Virus record (IMG/VR): IMGVR_UViG_3300014204_000019
DNA: 64,000 nucleotides
DNA from: an uncultured virus (IMG/VR IMGVR_UViG_3300014204_000019)
Taxonomy: Duplodnaviria; Heunggongvirae; Uroviricota; Caudoviricetes
Strand: one strand, 5' to 3'
In this document: positions 27,778 to 37,835 of the stretch, one piece after another
Numbering within the stretch: the stretch's first letter is position 1
How the letters are laid out: each line of letters begins with the position of its first letter
Position numbers and translations under genes: made by a program
Notes under the pieces: model-generated
Database searches by the model: none
What the model was told of the DNA's origin: nothing
The model's input: the letters and a program-made list of their open reading frames with translations, nothing else

Positions 27778-29445
27778 TTATACATGCTCCTTTATACTAC
27801 AAACTGCGCCAAAACCCAAATAATGTGTGGCATCGAACATTTGATAAAGCTCAATTTTTAATCCGCTTTCTTCAATGATTTGTAGAAATTCATTCTCATT
27901 AATATACCTATGAAAATGCGATACACCGTTTTTGTATGCGGAATTTACGTCTAGTGTTGGATTTTGCTCCTCTTTAGAGCGTTTATCGGAGGGGCATGTT
28001 ATGATGATACGAGCATCCTCATTAGACTTCAAAACTTCACGCGCGTTTTTTAATATTTTGATTGCATCTTCATGGCTTAAATGTTCAATCAGGTCACCAA
28101 CTATAATAGTATCAAATTTTGTACACGTCTCTTGTTGTTCGTCAACAAAATACGATTGTATATTATTACGCGCATCTCCAATAACATCAACGTTATTCTT
28201 TTCGTTCTGCGTTACATCAAAATTTACTGCGTCCCTTAAACCTTTGAAATCGCTTGAATCATCATCACATCCAATATTAAGAATATCACCAAATGCATAC
28301 TTCTGTTGAAATGCATACTGGCTATAAAAATATCTACAATCCGGCTGAAAAATCCATGACTCAAACTGATCTATAATTCTTTCCCAATTAAATCTTACAA
28401 GTGCTTCAATCTTCATATTCTTTGTAATTCGATCTCTTAATCCCTCATCATTACAAAGTCTTATAATTTCTCCAGCGAATCTGTTTATCGTGAGTTTATC
28501 TTCGATACTTCCTTCCACAAAAATCCCGTTCATAACATTTTCTGCTAATGCCCATACCGGACTTACAACTGGAATAACACCACAAGCTTGTGCTTCCATA
28601 CAACTAATACACGATGTTTCTGTGAAATTTATAGGATAACACCATATACCGCTTTTCATCCATTCGATGAGTAATTCATATTGTCCAATCCTACCATGCC
28701 AGAATATTCCATCGGTGGAACTTATTCCATTCATTATGGAATCTTTCATTTTTGCTACAAATGGATTTTTTTCGATCACCTTATCGATATTATCAAATCC
28801 ATAAAAAACATGCAACTCAAGACCCGGAACAAATTCTTTTGCTTTTTTAAATATTGGAATAAGCTGTTCTAAACCTCTATCTGGAGAAGAGGAATATATA
28901 AGCCGTTGTGGATTTCTTCCAATCTTGTTATTTTCTTCTATCGCTTTAATGATTTGTGAGGATATTCCATTTGAGGAGAGTACTATTTTATCCTTTAAGT
29001 ATGGATGTTTTGCTTCAATATAGTGTGCATGATCGGAACACAAACATATGTATTTATCGATTTTCGCGGCACGTTCTTCGGTTAGGGTGGAGTAAAAAAC
29101 GTCCTGTGCAACAAAATAGATTTCTTTTCCTTTATGGTTTATATCAAAATTATCTAATGCCTCTGGACATCTATATATTATCCAATAACCATCCTCTTTA
29201 AATGTAGCATCAAGATAATTTTTCCAAACAACATTTCTGTTTATTCGTTCTTTATCTTCTTCAAACCATGGCACTGGAGCGTATGATATAACATTATGTC
29301 CACGTTGAGCTAAACGAGAGGACATTTCTATCTGACTCGTCTCACTTCCGCCTACGCCTACTAATACAGGATTTGTGTAGTCCCAAAACTCAAAGGTAAA
29401 ATTCGCATAAAAATAGAAATTCTTTTTATAAAGATTTAAATCCAT
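27778..29445 (-). CDS. GT-B (GT4-like) glycosyltransferase fused to class I SAM methyltransferase
   Basis: GVGGSE, YSSSPDRGL, ETSCISCMEAQACG; C-terminal ILNIGC, FDTIIVGDLIEHL. Confidence 0.87.
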   Translation of the reverse strand: MDLNLYKKNFYFYANFTFEFWDYTNPVLVGVGGSETSQIEMSSRLAQRGHNVISYAPVPWFEEDKERINRNVVWKNYLDATFKEDGYWIIYRCPEALDNFDINHKGKEIYFVAQDVFYSTLTEERAAKIDKYICLCSDHAHYIEAKHPYLKDKIVLSSNGISSQIIKAIEENNKIGRNPQRLIYSSSPDRGLEQLIPIFKKAKEFVPGLELHVFYGFDNIDKVIEKNPFVAKMKDSIMNGISSTDGIFWHGRIGQYELLIEWMKSGIWCYPINFTETSCISCMEAQACGVIPVVSPVWALAENVMNGIFVEGSIEDKLTINRFAGEIIRLCNDEGLRDRITKNMKIEALVRFNWERIIDQFESWIFQPDCRYFYSQYAFQQKYAFGDILNIGCDDDSSDFKGLRDAVNFDVTQNEKNNVDVIGDARNNIQSYFVDEQQETCTKFDTIIVGDLIEHLSHEDAIKILKNAREVLKSNEDARIIITCPSDKRSKEEQNPTLDVNSAYKNGVSHFHRYINENEFLQIIEESGLKIELYQMFDATHYLGFGAVCSIKEHV

Positions 29446-29453
29446 TTTATCAC

Positions 29454-29981
29454 CTATCTTCTTTGACGATTTATAAGTTCTGTCGTATACGGTCTTGATA
29501 TGTTAAACCGTATAGCAATTTCTTTGTGTAACAGATCTGTAGTTTTTGCTAAAATTCTTATTTCTTTTACTTGTTCATCTGTTAATTTTGCATTAAAGTT
29601 TGTTATGCCACGTTTTGGTTTAAGTTCATCTAAAAGTATCGCGCGTTGCATATTCTCAAAGCACGTAACCCAACGCAGATTACTATAATGGTTATTTTGT
29701 TTATTTCCATCTTCATGACTTACTTGATGTTTAAGGGATGGTTTTGGTGATAAAAACGCCAACGCGATTAATGTATGCACACGAACAAGTTTTTGAACAT
29801 TATTACTATTAAAGGCTTTGGTTTCGAAGTATCCGTCTTCATTTACATGATACTTTATTTCAACTGGATATGCATATCTACGTTTAGAGCGTACTCGTCC
29901 CGTTTTAGTTACTTCCGTCCACGGAAAACCAGGAACTTCATACCACATACTATCTTCATCTAAAATATTTTTATCGGACAT
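29454..29981 (-). CDS. NUMOD4-HNH homing endonuclease with C-terminal HTH
   Basis: WYEVPGFP..EVTKTGRVRS, VHTLIALAF, VSHEDGNKQNNHYSNLRW, AKLTDEQVKEIR. Confidence 0.9.
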   Translation of the reverse strand: MSDKNILDEDSMWYEVPGFPWTEVTKTGRVRSKRRYAYPVEIKYHVNEDGYFETKAFNSNNVQKLVRVHTLIALAFLSPKPSLKHQVSHEDGNKQNNHYSNLRWVTCFENMQRAILLDELKPKRGITNFNAKLTDEQVKEIRILAKTTDLLHKEIAIRFNISRPYTTELINRQRR

Positions 29982-30005
29982 TTTAATTTTTTCTTCTTAT
30001 TTTTC

Positions 30006-30134
30006 TTAATGCTTAAGCGTTTTATTCCAACGTCTTCTCTCTTTATATATACCAACGCATAAACCAATAAGATAACATATCAAGTATGTTATACTTATAA
30101 AGATAATAAAATACCAAAATGATATTTTAAACAT
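30006..30134 (-). CDS. small single-TM protein (42 aa, not in ORF track)
   Basis: hand-translated MFKISFWYFIIFISITYLICYLIGLCVGIYKERRRWNKTLKH; GGAAGG upstream. Confidence 0.45.
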   Translation of the reverse strand: MFKISFWYFIIFISITYLICYLIGLCVGIYKERRRWNKTLKH

Positions 30135-30161
30135 TGTTTTTGTTCCTTCCACTTCATTTTT

Positions 30162-30422
30162 TTAAAGCAACGCGCAACAATATTTACTAACAACCTGTTC
30201 AATATATTCTATTTGTTTTTGGCTTAATCTTCCATCTGTTTCCATTTGTGTCTGTATATCACCCATTGCGTTAAATACATCTTCTGGAATTTTATCAGAG
30301 GCTTCCGCGATTTCGGCGAATAATCCAGAAAGATAAAATATTTCGTCGTTTGTTAATGGATGTTTTGTGGAGAAAATTGTAGATTTATCCGCGGAAGAAA
30401 GGTCGAAATTAAATTTTGTCAT
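30162..30422 (-). CDS. hypothetical protein
   Basis: ORF track; overlaps upstream gene. Confidence 0.6.
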   Translation of the reverse strand: MTKFNFDLSSADKSTIFSTKHPLTNDEIFYLSGLFAEIAEASDKIPEDVFNAMGDIQTQMETDGRLSQKQIEYIEQVVSKYCCALL

Positions 30423-30834
30423 ATTTTACCTTTCCAGTTTTAATTACGTTCATCCTATTTTCTAAAAAGTATAAAACCTCATCGAACGTTTCAAAATGTT
30501 TTACATTATCAAGATAATGAAATATATTTTCTTTTGGACCAACAACAAATATCTCTAAATCTAATACTAATGCAATTCCGAATTCTACATGCCTACCGCC
30601 TGTTTTGGAAGATGCTTCTGGCGGTTCTGCAAAGAATAATAAGATATTCGCTTCGCTTATATTTTCATAATCTTCTTCTGCGGCTTGCTGATAATTTTCA
30701 GCAGCAGTCGGATTATCATATACTTCGGTGATCCATTTACTTGTGATAATATAACCAAGAGATTCTAGGGTTCTAGCATGTTGTACCATTTCTAAACGTT
30801 TAGAATAACGTGCTACAAGATAGATTTTTCTCAT
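30409..30834 (-). CDS. nucleoside 2-deoxyribosyltransferase-like protein
   Basis: KIYLVARY, D...I..ANILL, GGRHVEFGIA. Confidence 0.78.
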   Translation of the reverse strand: MRKIYLVARYSKRLEMVQHARTLESLGYIITSKWITEVYDNPTAAENYQQAAEEDYENISEANILLFFAEPPEASSKTGGRHVEFGIALVLDLEIFVVGPKENIFHYLDNVKHFETFDEVLYFLENRMNVIKTGKVKYDKI

Positions 30835-30988
30835 ATTGAATTTACCTTTATGTTAATTCACCAGCTCTGGCCAACAATTTACTTAATGGACACGATTTCT
30901 TGTGTATTAAAGATGTCTTAAAACTATCTTTTGATGGATTCTGTTATAATTATACGTTTTTCTGGTTTCAGCTTGGCTCTAACTTTTT

Positions 30989-31609
30989 TCATATTAAATT
31001 ATACTCCTCAAAAATAAGGTTGACTCTACTTTTTGCATCGTTTAGAATCATTTTAGCAATCTGCTGCATTTGTGGATGTGCATTCTTTGCAGTACGCATT
31101 TTGAAAAAATATCGCCATTCTCGAAAGTTTCCTGTGATTGCGATTTCGGTTTTTAAACAACTTGGAAGAACAGAGCGTGCTATTTGAGGTTTCTCACCAA
31201 TTTCTATAAAATACTTATAAGAATCTTCACACTGTATAAGTGCCTTTAAAATATTATTTGGTACATGACCATTATCAAAGGTATCATGTGTTTCATATGG
31301 TGGCATAATAAATTGAATATCACCTTTTCCATAATTACAATATCTTGTACTTTCTTGTGTATAAGAAAATAATCTATGTCTCACGATTTCGTGAGAAACA
31401 CCACGATCGCATATAACTTTATATGACATAGAAGCATGTTCGATTACAGATTCGTGACCATTTTTAAGAATCATTTTTACAAAAGATTCCGCGGAAGATT
31501 CCGTAATTTTATCTTCGCTTTTGTAAGCAATACGTCCACACTTTTCTATAACTTGTAGTGGATTTGATGTCATCCAGATTAATTCAACGGAAGGTTTAAC
31601 TATTTTCAT
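30989..31609 (-). CDS. thyX: flavin-dependent thymidylate synthase
   Basis: GHESVIEH, RGVSHEIVRHR, SYTQESTRY, NFREWRYF. Confidence 0.95.
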   Translation of the reverse strand: MKIVKPSVELIWMTSNPLQVIEKCGRIAYKSEDKITESSAESFVKMILKNGHESVIEHASMSYKVICDRGVSHEIVRHRLFSYTQESTRYCNYGKGDIQFIMPPYETHDTFDNGHVPNNILKALIQCEDSYKYFIEIGEKPQIARSVLPSCLKTEIAITGNFREWRYFFKMRTAKNAHPQMQQIAKMILNDAKSRVNLIFEEYNLI

Positions 31610-31827
31610 GGTTTTTTATTCTTTGTAGGATAAACATCAAGACTTAATTGAATACCTTGTGTATTCAAATGCTTATTTAATATTTGAAAACTATCTACAG
31701 GATGTTTTGCTATTAAATCAGTTAAAACACTTATTTCACGTTGGTTGTTTAAAAAGTTATCGTACGCTGAAGTAGCAATAGTTTTCAGAACATGGCAGTC
31801 ATCTGATATAGTTGTAAATTTTCGCAT
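31606..31827 (-). CDS. hypothetical protein
   Basis: ORF track; overlaps thyX start. Confidence 0.55.
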   Translation of the reverse strand: MRKFTTISDDCHVLKTIATSAYDNFLNNQREISVLTDLIAKHPVDSFQILNKHLNTQGIQLSLDVYPTKNKKP

Positions 31828-31836
31828 AATGTATTC

Positions 31837-32196
31837 TCACTCCAACGGCATACAGTATTTATGTTTTCTATGTTCAATACCTTCAACCACCGCTTTAAGA
31901 ATTAATTCCCAACCAGATAATAAACAATCCTGTTCTTTCAAAACATTAAAGAAGGTTGGATCAACGTTTAAAATTTCATTACGTAAAAAGGAAACACCGT
32001 CCCGGAGTTCCTGATGTTCGGTGATTTGTTTTTTTATTTCGTTTAGATCTTCATCTGTTAAAACAACATGTGGAAAAGATGACTCATCTTTTCCACTTGG
32101 TGGTACAAACTTTTTTATCTCGTGTTTATCAAAATCTTCAGGTTTCATTAGTTTTATTTTAGGGTTTGTCATTATTATTTTTATCCTTTTCTTCAT
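31837..32196 (-). CDS. hypothetical protein
   Basis: ORF track. Confidence 0.55.
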   Translation of the reverse strand: MKKRIKIIMTNPKIKLMKPEDFDKHEIKKFVPPSGKDESSFPHVVLTDEDLNEIKKQITEHQELRDGVSFLRNEILNVDPTFFNVLKEQDCLLSGWELILKAVVEGIEHRKHKYCMPLE

Positions 32197-32779
32197 TTTC
32201 CTCGTTTTTCAAAATGCACCGTGCAATTTTTACATACACATGAATATCTTTTAATCTCCCATCGACGCCTTCAACTTTAGCTTTATGTTTATTTGATAAC
32301 ATATACATTACTGCGTCAAGCTGCTTTAACATATATATTATACATATGCCGATTGGCTTATCCGCGGGAAAGCCAGGATATAATTTTATTATAGAAGAAA
32401 CACGCTCGAAATTTCCCTCAGTCCGTCCACCGGCAGCATAGTCGTGATTTTTATCATTATAAAGTTTAAGTTCATCTAAAGTTAAAGAAAGGAAATTTGG
32501 GTTTCCGTGAATGTAATGATTTTTTAGTATTTGCTCTACAGGAAAATCATCTAGTAACTCGTTGTTGTTAGGAAAAGTATGTGTTTTTGATATATTACAA
32601 TCATTAGGATCTGCGTGTTTATACGAATAATTATTCTCACCAGAAGACGCAACACGCATAACTGGTTGTGATGGGCATATATTCTGTTTGCAGATAACGC
32701 ATATAGTATCTTTAGTAAGATACGGTGGTCCAGGACAAATTTTCGGTTTTAAGCAACTCTTACAAATAGCAGGACTCAT
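32159..32779 (-). CDS. Cys-rich N-terminus plus Nmad1/DUF1599-like (MazG-superfamily-like) nucleotide-modification-associated domain
   Basis: KNHDYA.....NF, KQLD, E....RLKD..VY. Confidence 0.65.
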   Translation of the reverse strand: MSPAICKSCLKPKICPGPPYLTKDTICVICKQNICPSQPVMRVASSGENNYSYKHADPNDCNISKTHTFPNNNELLDDFPVEQILKNHYIHGNPNFLSLTLDELKLYNDKNHDYAAGGRTEGNFERVSSIIKLYPGFPADKPIGICIIYMLKQLDAVMYMLSNKHKAKVEGVDGRLKDIHVYVKIARCILKNEENEEKDKNNNDKP

Positions 32780-32797
32780 TTTTATAGTTTCTCCTTC

Positions 32798-34228
32798 TTA
32801 TTGTATAAGCATATTTTTTTCACCGTTAAAAACATTTTGATCATTCTGTACTTTAAAGTTTGCTTCATCTTCTAATTTCTGTTTAAGTTTGATAAGCTCT
32901 TCTTCTCTCGATTTTATCTCTTTATCATAAATACTAGAAAGAACGTAAATTATCTTCTCATCTTTTCGTATCTGTTTTACTACTTTTGATTCCAGCAGCA
33001 TCATCATGATATCATCAAACTCTTTTATATTTCTTACAAGATGACGAAATTTTGTAAAAACCTCATCTCTATATAATGCGCCTTTATTTTCTTTTATTGC
33101 TTCTAGCATATGCTGAGAAATACGCGCTTCATTCGTTGCATTTATATAAACAAACGCTTGTGGCATCACTTCTTCAATTTCTTCAAGAAACTTTAATGCT
33201 GTATCTATATGGGATCGGTTTATTACCATATCATCAGAATAATTTACACTGACGATCATAGCCAATTTCAACACATAAACAAGTTTTCGTTCAAGATAAC
33301 CCGCCATTCTTCCTGTGAAATCACCATTATAATTACGATAAAGTTCTATGAAATAAGAATGCGCGTCTTTTTCTACAGTAAAAGCGCCACGGAGTTGTGA
33401 GATTTTTTGTAAATCTCTTAACAACGTTAATTCGATAGATTTTATATCCTTCGGTACATCCATCCACGCAGAAGCGTCGGATTTTCTAGTTTTATTACTA
33501 TATATAAATAAAATACGTCCCATAAAGCCACCACCGAACGCATCTTCTTTCATTCCATGCGCTAACCATTCAGGATTAGAACAGCCTAACATGTTTACGC
33601 ATATGTTTGTTAATGTGAGTGGTTTTTTATTTTTTATTAAAAGTTCTTTTGTATTATCTTCATAGATGTTTTTACAATCCCATAAGCTAGTTAATTTTTT
33701 AGTGAGACCCGCGTTATAAGATTGATCGCCAAGTAAATCAGCAAGCTCTGTCGCATACATGTATGCCGTACAATCTTGATATATCTTTGTTCCTTCCGTC
33801 GTAACGGGAGATAAAGATAAAAATTGTACTAAACCTTTTGGTGTACTCTCGTCTCGTAATATTCTTACACCATCAACTTTTGACGAGAATGTATCTATTC
33901 CGATATCCGCGGATGAGGATTTTTTACTTTTTCCGGTTGGTGAAACAAGCACGATATATAAATTTGGAAAAAGCTTACTGTATCCTCGTTGGATATAGGT
34001 GTGTCTATTCAACGCCGCGGCTATGGTGGATATACCAACCCATAAGTGGAATATTGTTGGCGATTCTTGATATTGTGTGAATGTAATATAATTCTTTAAC
34101 CATCCATCGGTGTGAATACGAGATTCGATTTGCTTTGTTTCTTTCTTCTCTATTTTATTACTATTTCCATTATCGTTAATATTAATATTAATACTTTTTT
34201 CGTTTTCCACGGTTTCCACAGTTTTCAC
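32798..34228 (-). CDS. DUF3987-like replication ATPase/helicase
   Basis: PNLYIVLVSPTGKSKKS Walker-A variant, LTSLWD, GGFMGRILF. Confidence 0.75.
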   Translation of the reverse strand: MKTVETVENEKSINININDNGNSNKIEKKETKQIESRIHTDGWLKNYITFTQYQESPTIFHLWVGISTIAAALNRHTYIQRGYSKLFPNLYIVLVSPTGKSKKSSSADIGIDTFSSKVDGVRILRDESTPKGLVQFLSLSPVTTEGTKIYQDCTAYMYATELADLLGDQSYNAGLTKKLTSLWDCKNIYEDNTKELLIKNKKPLTLTNICVNMLGCSNPEWLAHGMKEDAFGGGFMGRILFIYSNKTRKSDASAWMDVPKDIKSIELTLLRDLQKISQLRGAFTVEKDAHSYFIELYRNYNGDFTGRMAGYLERKLVYVLKLAMIVSVNYSDDMVINRSHIDTALKFLEEIEEVMPQAFVYINATNEARISQHMLEAIKENKGALYRDEVFTKFRHLVRNIKEFDDIMMMLLESKVVKQIRKDEKIIYVLSSIYDKEIKSREEELIKLKQKLEDEANFKVQNDQNVFNGEKNMLIQ

Positions 34229-34310
34229 GGTAACATAACACCAAGAATATAACGATTAATGTATAACGTGTATCTTTATTAGCGAATCCGATTACGTAAA
34301 ATATCGAATA

Positions 34311-34724
34311 TTATTTTAAAGTTCGTTGCATCAAAAGTAACTTTTTATTCACATCTATGGTATAATATTCATTATCATCTTCATTCGGCTTAGGTAAACC
34401 ATAAAAATCACACGCGAGAGTTTTTATACAACACATACCCTCTTCGTGTGATTTCTTTAGATTTTTTATTACATAACGCGCTTGCTTATCGCGTACTGTG
34501 ATATTTGTGTCTTTTATCATTTTATCATTCTTGGCGTTCGTACTTGATTTCATTATTGCATATTTTAATCTACCGTTTGGGAGAAGAGAAAAATCGCCTT
34601 TGCATTTAAAGAATATGAGCAGGCAATCAGAATGACAAGAGATGTCTTCTTTAATGCCTTGAATGTATAGAGTACAAATATCAGCAGGATTTTTAATATA
34701 AAGATCACAAATATCACAATGCAT
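34311..34724 (-). CDS. hypothetical Cys-rich protein
   Basis: ORF track. Confidence 0.55.
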   Translation of the reverse strand: MHCDICDLYIKNPADICTLYIQGIKEDISCHSDCLLIFFKCKGDFSLLPNGRLKYAIMKSSTNAKNDKMIKDTNITVRDKQARYVIKNLKKSHEEGMCCIKTLACDFYGLPKPNEDDNEYYTIDVNKKLLLMQRTLK

Positions 34725-34728
34725 ATTT

Positions 34729-35043
34729 TTATCCTTTTACCCTTTTCACTACTTTAACATAAGCATCAGTATAGTATGATATACAACTATAGCCACAACA
34801 TTTTTCACCTATAAGCTCGTAATAATTTTCCTGCAGCATTAATTGATACAGACCAGCACCTGTTAAAGATCTATTTTCCAATCCACAACTACAACACATT
34901 ATTTTTCCGGTTACAACATAAGTAGAATTAAGAATGCTTGGATGTTTGTGTTGTAAATGTGATACATGACCCACTTGTATAAAATAATGTTTGTGGAATT
35001 TTTTCTTTAAACGTCTAAAATAACCAAATATTTTATTTACCAT
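34729..35043 (-). CDS. hypothetical protein
   Basis: ORF track. Confidence 0.5.
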   Translation of the reverse strand: MVNKIFGYFRRLKKKFHKHYFIQVGHVSHLQHKHPSILNSTYVVTGKIMCCSCGLENRSLTGAGLYQLMLQENYYELIGEKCCGYSCISYYTDAYVKVVKRVKG

Positions 35044-35348
35044 TTTAGTGCCTTGTAGATTTCTGGTGAAGCGTCCTTTAACATTTCAAACGTAACAATA
35101 TCACCTTCTCGACGGAAGGCTTTTTTAAAGGGTTCCATACCATATGGTGCACTCCAATCTGGTTGCCATCGGAATTCAAACATTGTATGTTGAACTTGAC
35201 GTAAGTAATCTATACTATTATAACAAGCATATATAAGAAATATTGGTGTACGTAATATTAAAATTCTGTGCAGGAGGCTAAGATAAAAATACCATTTAAC
35301 TCGTTTATGTTTATTTATGTACAAGAATGGTTTTCCGTATTTTAACAT
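35037..35348 (-). CDS. hypothetical protein
   Basis: ORF track; GAGG RBS. Confidence 0.5.
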   Translation of the reverse strand: MLKYGKPFLYINKHKRVKWYFYLSLLHRILILRTPIFLIYACYNSIDYLRQVQHTMFEFRWQPDWSAPYGMEPFKKAFRREGDIVTFEMLKDASPEIYKALKW

Positions 35349-35369
35349 ACTTATAACCTCTAATGTATA

Positions 35370-37805
35370 CTACTTAAAATCTATAACTGTTGTATCCCCC
35401 CAATTATCTCCAAACGCTATCTCAAAAGGTATTATAAGTGGTGGTATATCTCTTAGTTGTGGACAGATATCCATTGGTATTTTACTGATTTTATTTACCA
35501 AAGCGCAATCTTTTTCAGCATCATTTTCTTTAGATAACCATATAATTTCATCGTGTACTTGGTGTATTATTTCAATTCCAGCGTCTTTTGCTTTTTGCCA
35601 TATCGTATTTATTAGATATGCGGTCGTGCTTTGTGCGTACCAACTATAAGCTTCACGAAAGAGATCATCACCTATACGTTCATGGAAACGCATTCTCGCG
35701 CCGAATATATTAAACAAAGTAAGATCTTTTGAAACTTGTTCTCGTATTTCTTTATGGTAAATTCTTTGTAAATCCGGTTCGATAGCGTGAAATCTATCAA
35801 TAAAGAATTGCGCCTTCTTCTCTGTAATTAATGGCATACCAACTTTACTAGCGTCTTTATTAAAAGTTTTAGCGAACCTTGATGCATGCATATCATAATT
35901 TACACCATATCTAATCCGTTTAGCACAATAACGTTGTATTTTTGTAACAGCATTTACAGATATTTCATTTACAGCCGCTGCGGTTTCTTTATGTATATCA
36001 CGTGATGGATCTAAAAATAATTCTATTGAACGTAACATACGTCCTTTCCATGCAACTATTCTAGCCTCAGCTTGACTCAAATCGGCTTTACATAATTTAT
36101 AACCAGTAGGTGCAGAAATGATTGATCGTAAATCTTTATTTATATTTTGAAGATTCCCGCCAGTTTGAAAAGGAACACCTGATGAGGTTAAACGATGAGT
36201 TTTTGTGAAGCCAAAAGATGATCTTATATGATTATCGGAATCCAATCTAGCGTCAATAAAGTTAGACTTGAGTGTACGTAAATGCCTTTGGTGCAAAATT
36301 GTTGGAAAAATTGCACTTTCACTTTTTGTACTTAGTTTAAGAAGAGCATCTTCATTTGTTGTGACGTTTCCTTCTCTGTCATACTGTAAAGGAAGTTTCA
36401 TCGTCTCGTAAAGTAACTTTTTCATTTGTGGATTAGATCTTACATTAACATATTCTCCTGTCAGATTTACAAGTTCACACTGCGATTTAATTATATTCCT
36501 TGTGTATTCTATATCAAGTTCTTCACGCCTTTTTACATCAATCGGTAATCCTCTTACAGATATATCCATCCGCGGCTCTGCGAAGTTTCTAAAATTCTCT
36601 ATATATTTTTCCCACAAATTTTCATCTTTAAGATCTTGCTCCATTTGTGGAGCTATCTCCGAAACTACACATACATCCTTACAACCATATATAAAGAATT
36701 CGTCTTCGTTCTCTTTTGTACCCCAACCTTTTCCTTCTGCTTTATAATATGGTTCTCGTGTATAGATGGAGGTGAAGAAACCCAAATCCGCGGGAAGTTC
36801 AGGTTCAATACAACGCATTGCTTCAAGTAAATCTATATGAACATTTGAAAGGATTTTTTGATACGGAATACCATTAAAATGTAACATGAATGTATCAAAA
36901 ACACTAAAGTTTTGTCCGATAAGTTTTTTCGACGTTAATATTTGATACACTAGTTTCCATAAGAATGCTTCTTGCTTTACACTCCACCATGAGGTGCTGT
37001 TTTTATGTTGTAAAGGTAAACAGAATCCTTCATTTTTATCGTCAGAAAATTGTATTGTGACAATACGATTCGGACGAATGTTCATAAGTGTTTCTATATC
37101 TACACTTATCATGTGTGGAGAATTTATGTATTTATTTAAATACATTACAGCAGTGTCGAAATCGGGTCGGATTATGTATTTACGTGACGGTAAGATTATT
37201 GAGGAAGTTTTAGATTCTTCTTTTATACGAAGAAAATCTAATTTTGTGTAAACAAGCTCAGACCAATTTCTTAAAATAGAAGCAGGATGCAATGCAGGAA
37301 CGCATTTTTTATTTTCTATTATTTTCGATTTAAGTATCGAACCGCGGTAGTTTGTTATTCCCTTTAAACCACATATTGCATTAAGCGCAATTTCTCCTAA
37401 AGGTACAATAAGATTCGCTTCTTTTGAAACTAAATCTAATTCTGCCTTCAAGATTTGAAGATACGTTTTGTATGCAGACGGATTTTGTTTTATCCATTTT
37501 GCATCTTTGTTATCTGGGATTTTCTCTTTGATAACATTTGTAAAGTAACACTCATTTTGATTAATGTGTGATTTTGCGATTAGTTTGTTATCAAGAAGTT
37601 TTCCAGAATATCCAACGAAGGCGTGTTTTTCTGGATGAACAAATTCCATCTTGCCCGGAGCTTGTCCCACGAAAATTATATTTGGAGTTATTGAATTCCC
37701 GCGGCGATACGGTAAGAGTTTTAAACTTTCTTGTGTGAAAGCAAAGTCTTCGGTTTTTGGTGTATTTTCAATAGTGTTTTGTGGAATTATATTAGAAGTA
37801 GACAT
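35370..37805 (-). CDS. polA: family A DNA polymerase with N-terminal uracil-DNA-glycosylase-like and 3'-5' exonuclease domains
   Basis: IIFVGQAPG and HPASILR (UDG), VDIET (ExoI), DLSQAEAR (motif A), KRIRYGVNY (motif B), QVHDE (motif C). Confidence 0.93.
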   Translation of the reverse strand: MSTSNIIPQNTIENTPKTEDFAFTQESLKLLPYRRGNSITPNIIFVGQAPGKMEFVHPEKHAFVGYSGKLLDNKLIAKSHINQNECYFTNVIKEKIPDNKDAKWIKQNPSAYKTYLQILKAELDLVSKEANLIVPLGEIALNAICGLKGITNYRGSILKSKIIENKKCVPALHPASILRNWSELVYTKLDFLRIKEESKTSSIILPSRKYIIRPDFDTAVMYLNKYINSPHMISVDIETLMNIRPNRIVTIQFSDDKNEGFCLPLQHKNSTSWWSVKQEAFLWKLVYQILTSKKLIGQNFSVFDTFMLHFNGIPYQKILSNVHIDLLEAMRCIEPELPADLGFFTSIYTREPYYKAEGKGWGTKENEDEFFIYGCKDVCVVSEIAPQMEQDLKDENLWEKYIENFRNFAEPRMDISVRGLPIDVKRREELDIEYTRNIIKSQCELVNLTGEYVNVRSNPQMKKLLYETMKLPLQYDREGNVTTNEDALLKLSTKSESAIFPTILHQRHLRTLKSNFIDARLDSDNHIRSSFGFTKTHRLTSSGVPFQTGGNLQNINKDLRSIISAPTGYKLCKADLSQAEARIVAWKGRMLRSIELFLDPSRDIHKETAAAVNEISVNAVTKIQRYCAKRIRYGVNYDMHASRFAKTFNKDASKVGMPLITEKKAQFFIDRFHAIEPDLQRIYHKEIREQVSKDLTLFNIFGARMRFHERIGDDLFREAYSWYAQSTTAYLINTIWQKAKDAGIEIIHQVHDEIIWLSKENDAEKDCALVNKISKIPMDICPQLRDIPPLIIPFEIAFGDNWGDTTVIDFK

Positions 37806-37835
37806 TAACGTAACCTAAACGTGATAAAATAATTT

